This document shows, one piece after another, positions 63,996 through 64,000 of a stretch of DNA of 64,000 bases (positions are counted from its first letter, which is position 1; the number at the start of each line of letters is the position of its first letter). The notes beneath the pieces were generated by a model that saw nothing but the letters and a program-made list of their open reading frames with translations, ran no database searches and was not told where the DNA came from. This DNA comes from Octopus bimaculoides. Its lineage: Eukaryota. The stretch covers positions 133,953,790-134,017,789 of the forward strand of contig NC_068982.1 of assembly GCF_001194135.2 (NCBI RefSeq). The letters are read 5' to 3'. The translations under genes were made by a program, and so were the position numbers.

Positions 63996-64000
63996 AATAT

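Noticed and set aside
1-64000. CRISPR-like repeat-spacer arrays or bacterial contamination
   Set aside because: No constant-length repeats with unique spacers and no dense gene-sized ORFs; all periodic sequence is micro- or minisatellite.

Overview
AT-rich eukaryotic genomic DNA from a draft assembly with 12 N-gaps. The SINE/LINE families and microsatellite load look like Octopus (my recognition, not database-verified). Most of the window is transposon debris: three tRNA-derived SINE families, RTE-type LINE 3' ends, CR1/Jockey-like LINE fragments, TTAA-flanked piggyBac-like MITEs, and mariner, hAT and Penelope-like remnants. A near full-length but frameshifted pogo (Passer/POGK-like) transposon with 20-bp TIRs lies at 57515-59422. 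Two well-supported K/E-rich coding exons (6168-6266, 2116-2283) plus several weaker phase-compatible candidates suggest a long minus-strand gene of unknown identity spanning roughly 1-48 kb. A tRNA-Gln(TTG) gene with a broken T-stem sits near an apparent shift from CpG-poor to CpG-rich DNA at about 54 kb. The most interesting items are a minimal hammerhead-ribozyme-like motif with a non-canonical core (31336-31373, minus), a nested-palindrome MITE with a telomeric-repeat hairpin (60085-60632), two long hairpins (35990-36151, 47196-47251) and several inverted SINE pairs. Almost all ORFs in the supplied track are microsatellite, gap or antisense artefacts. Repeat boundaries are approximate (about +/-20 bp) unless TIRs or TSDs are quoted. 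No prokaryotic-type system (CRISPR, operon) is present.
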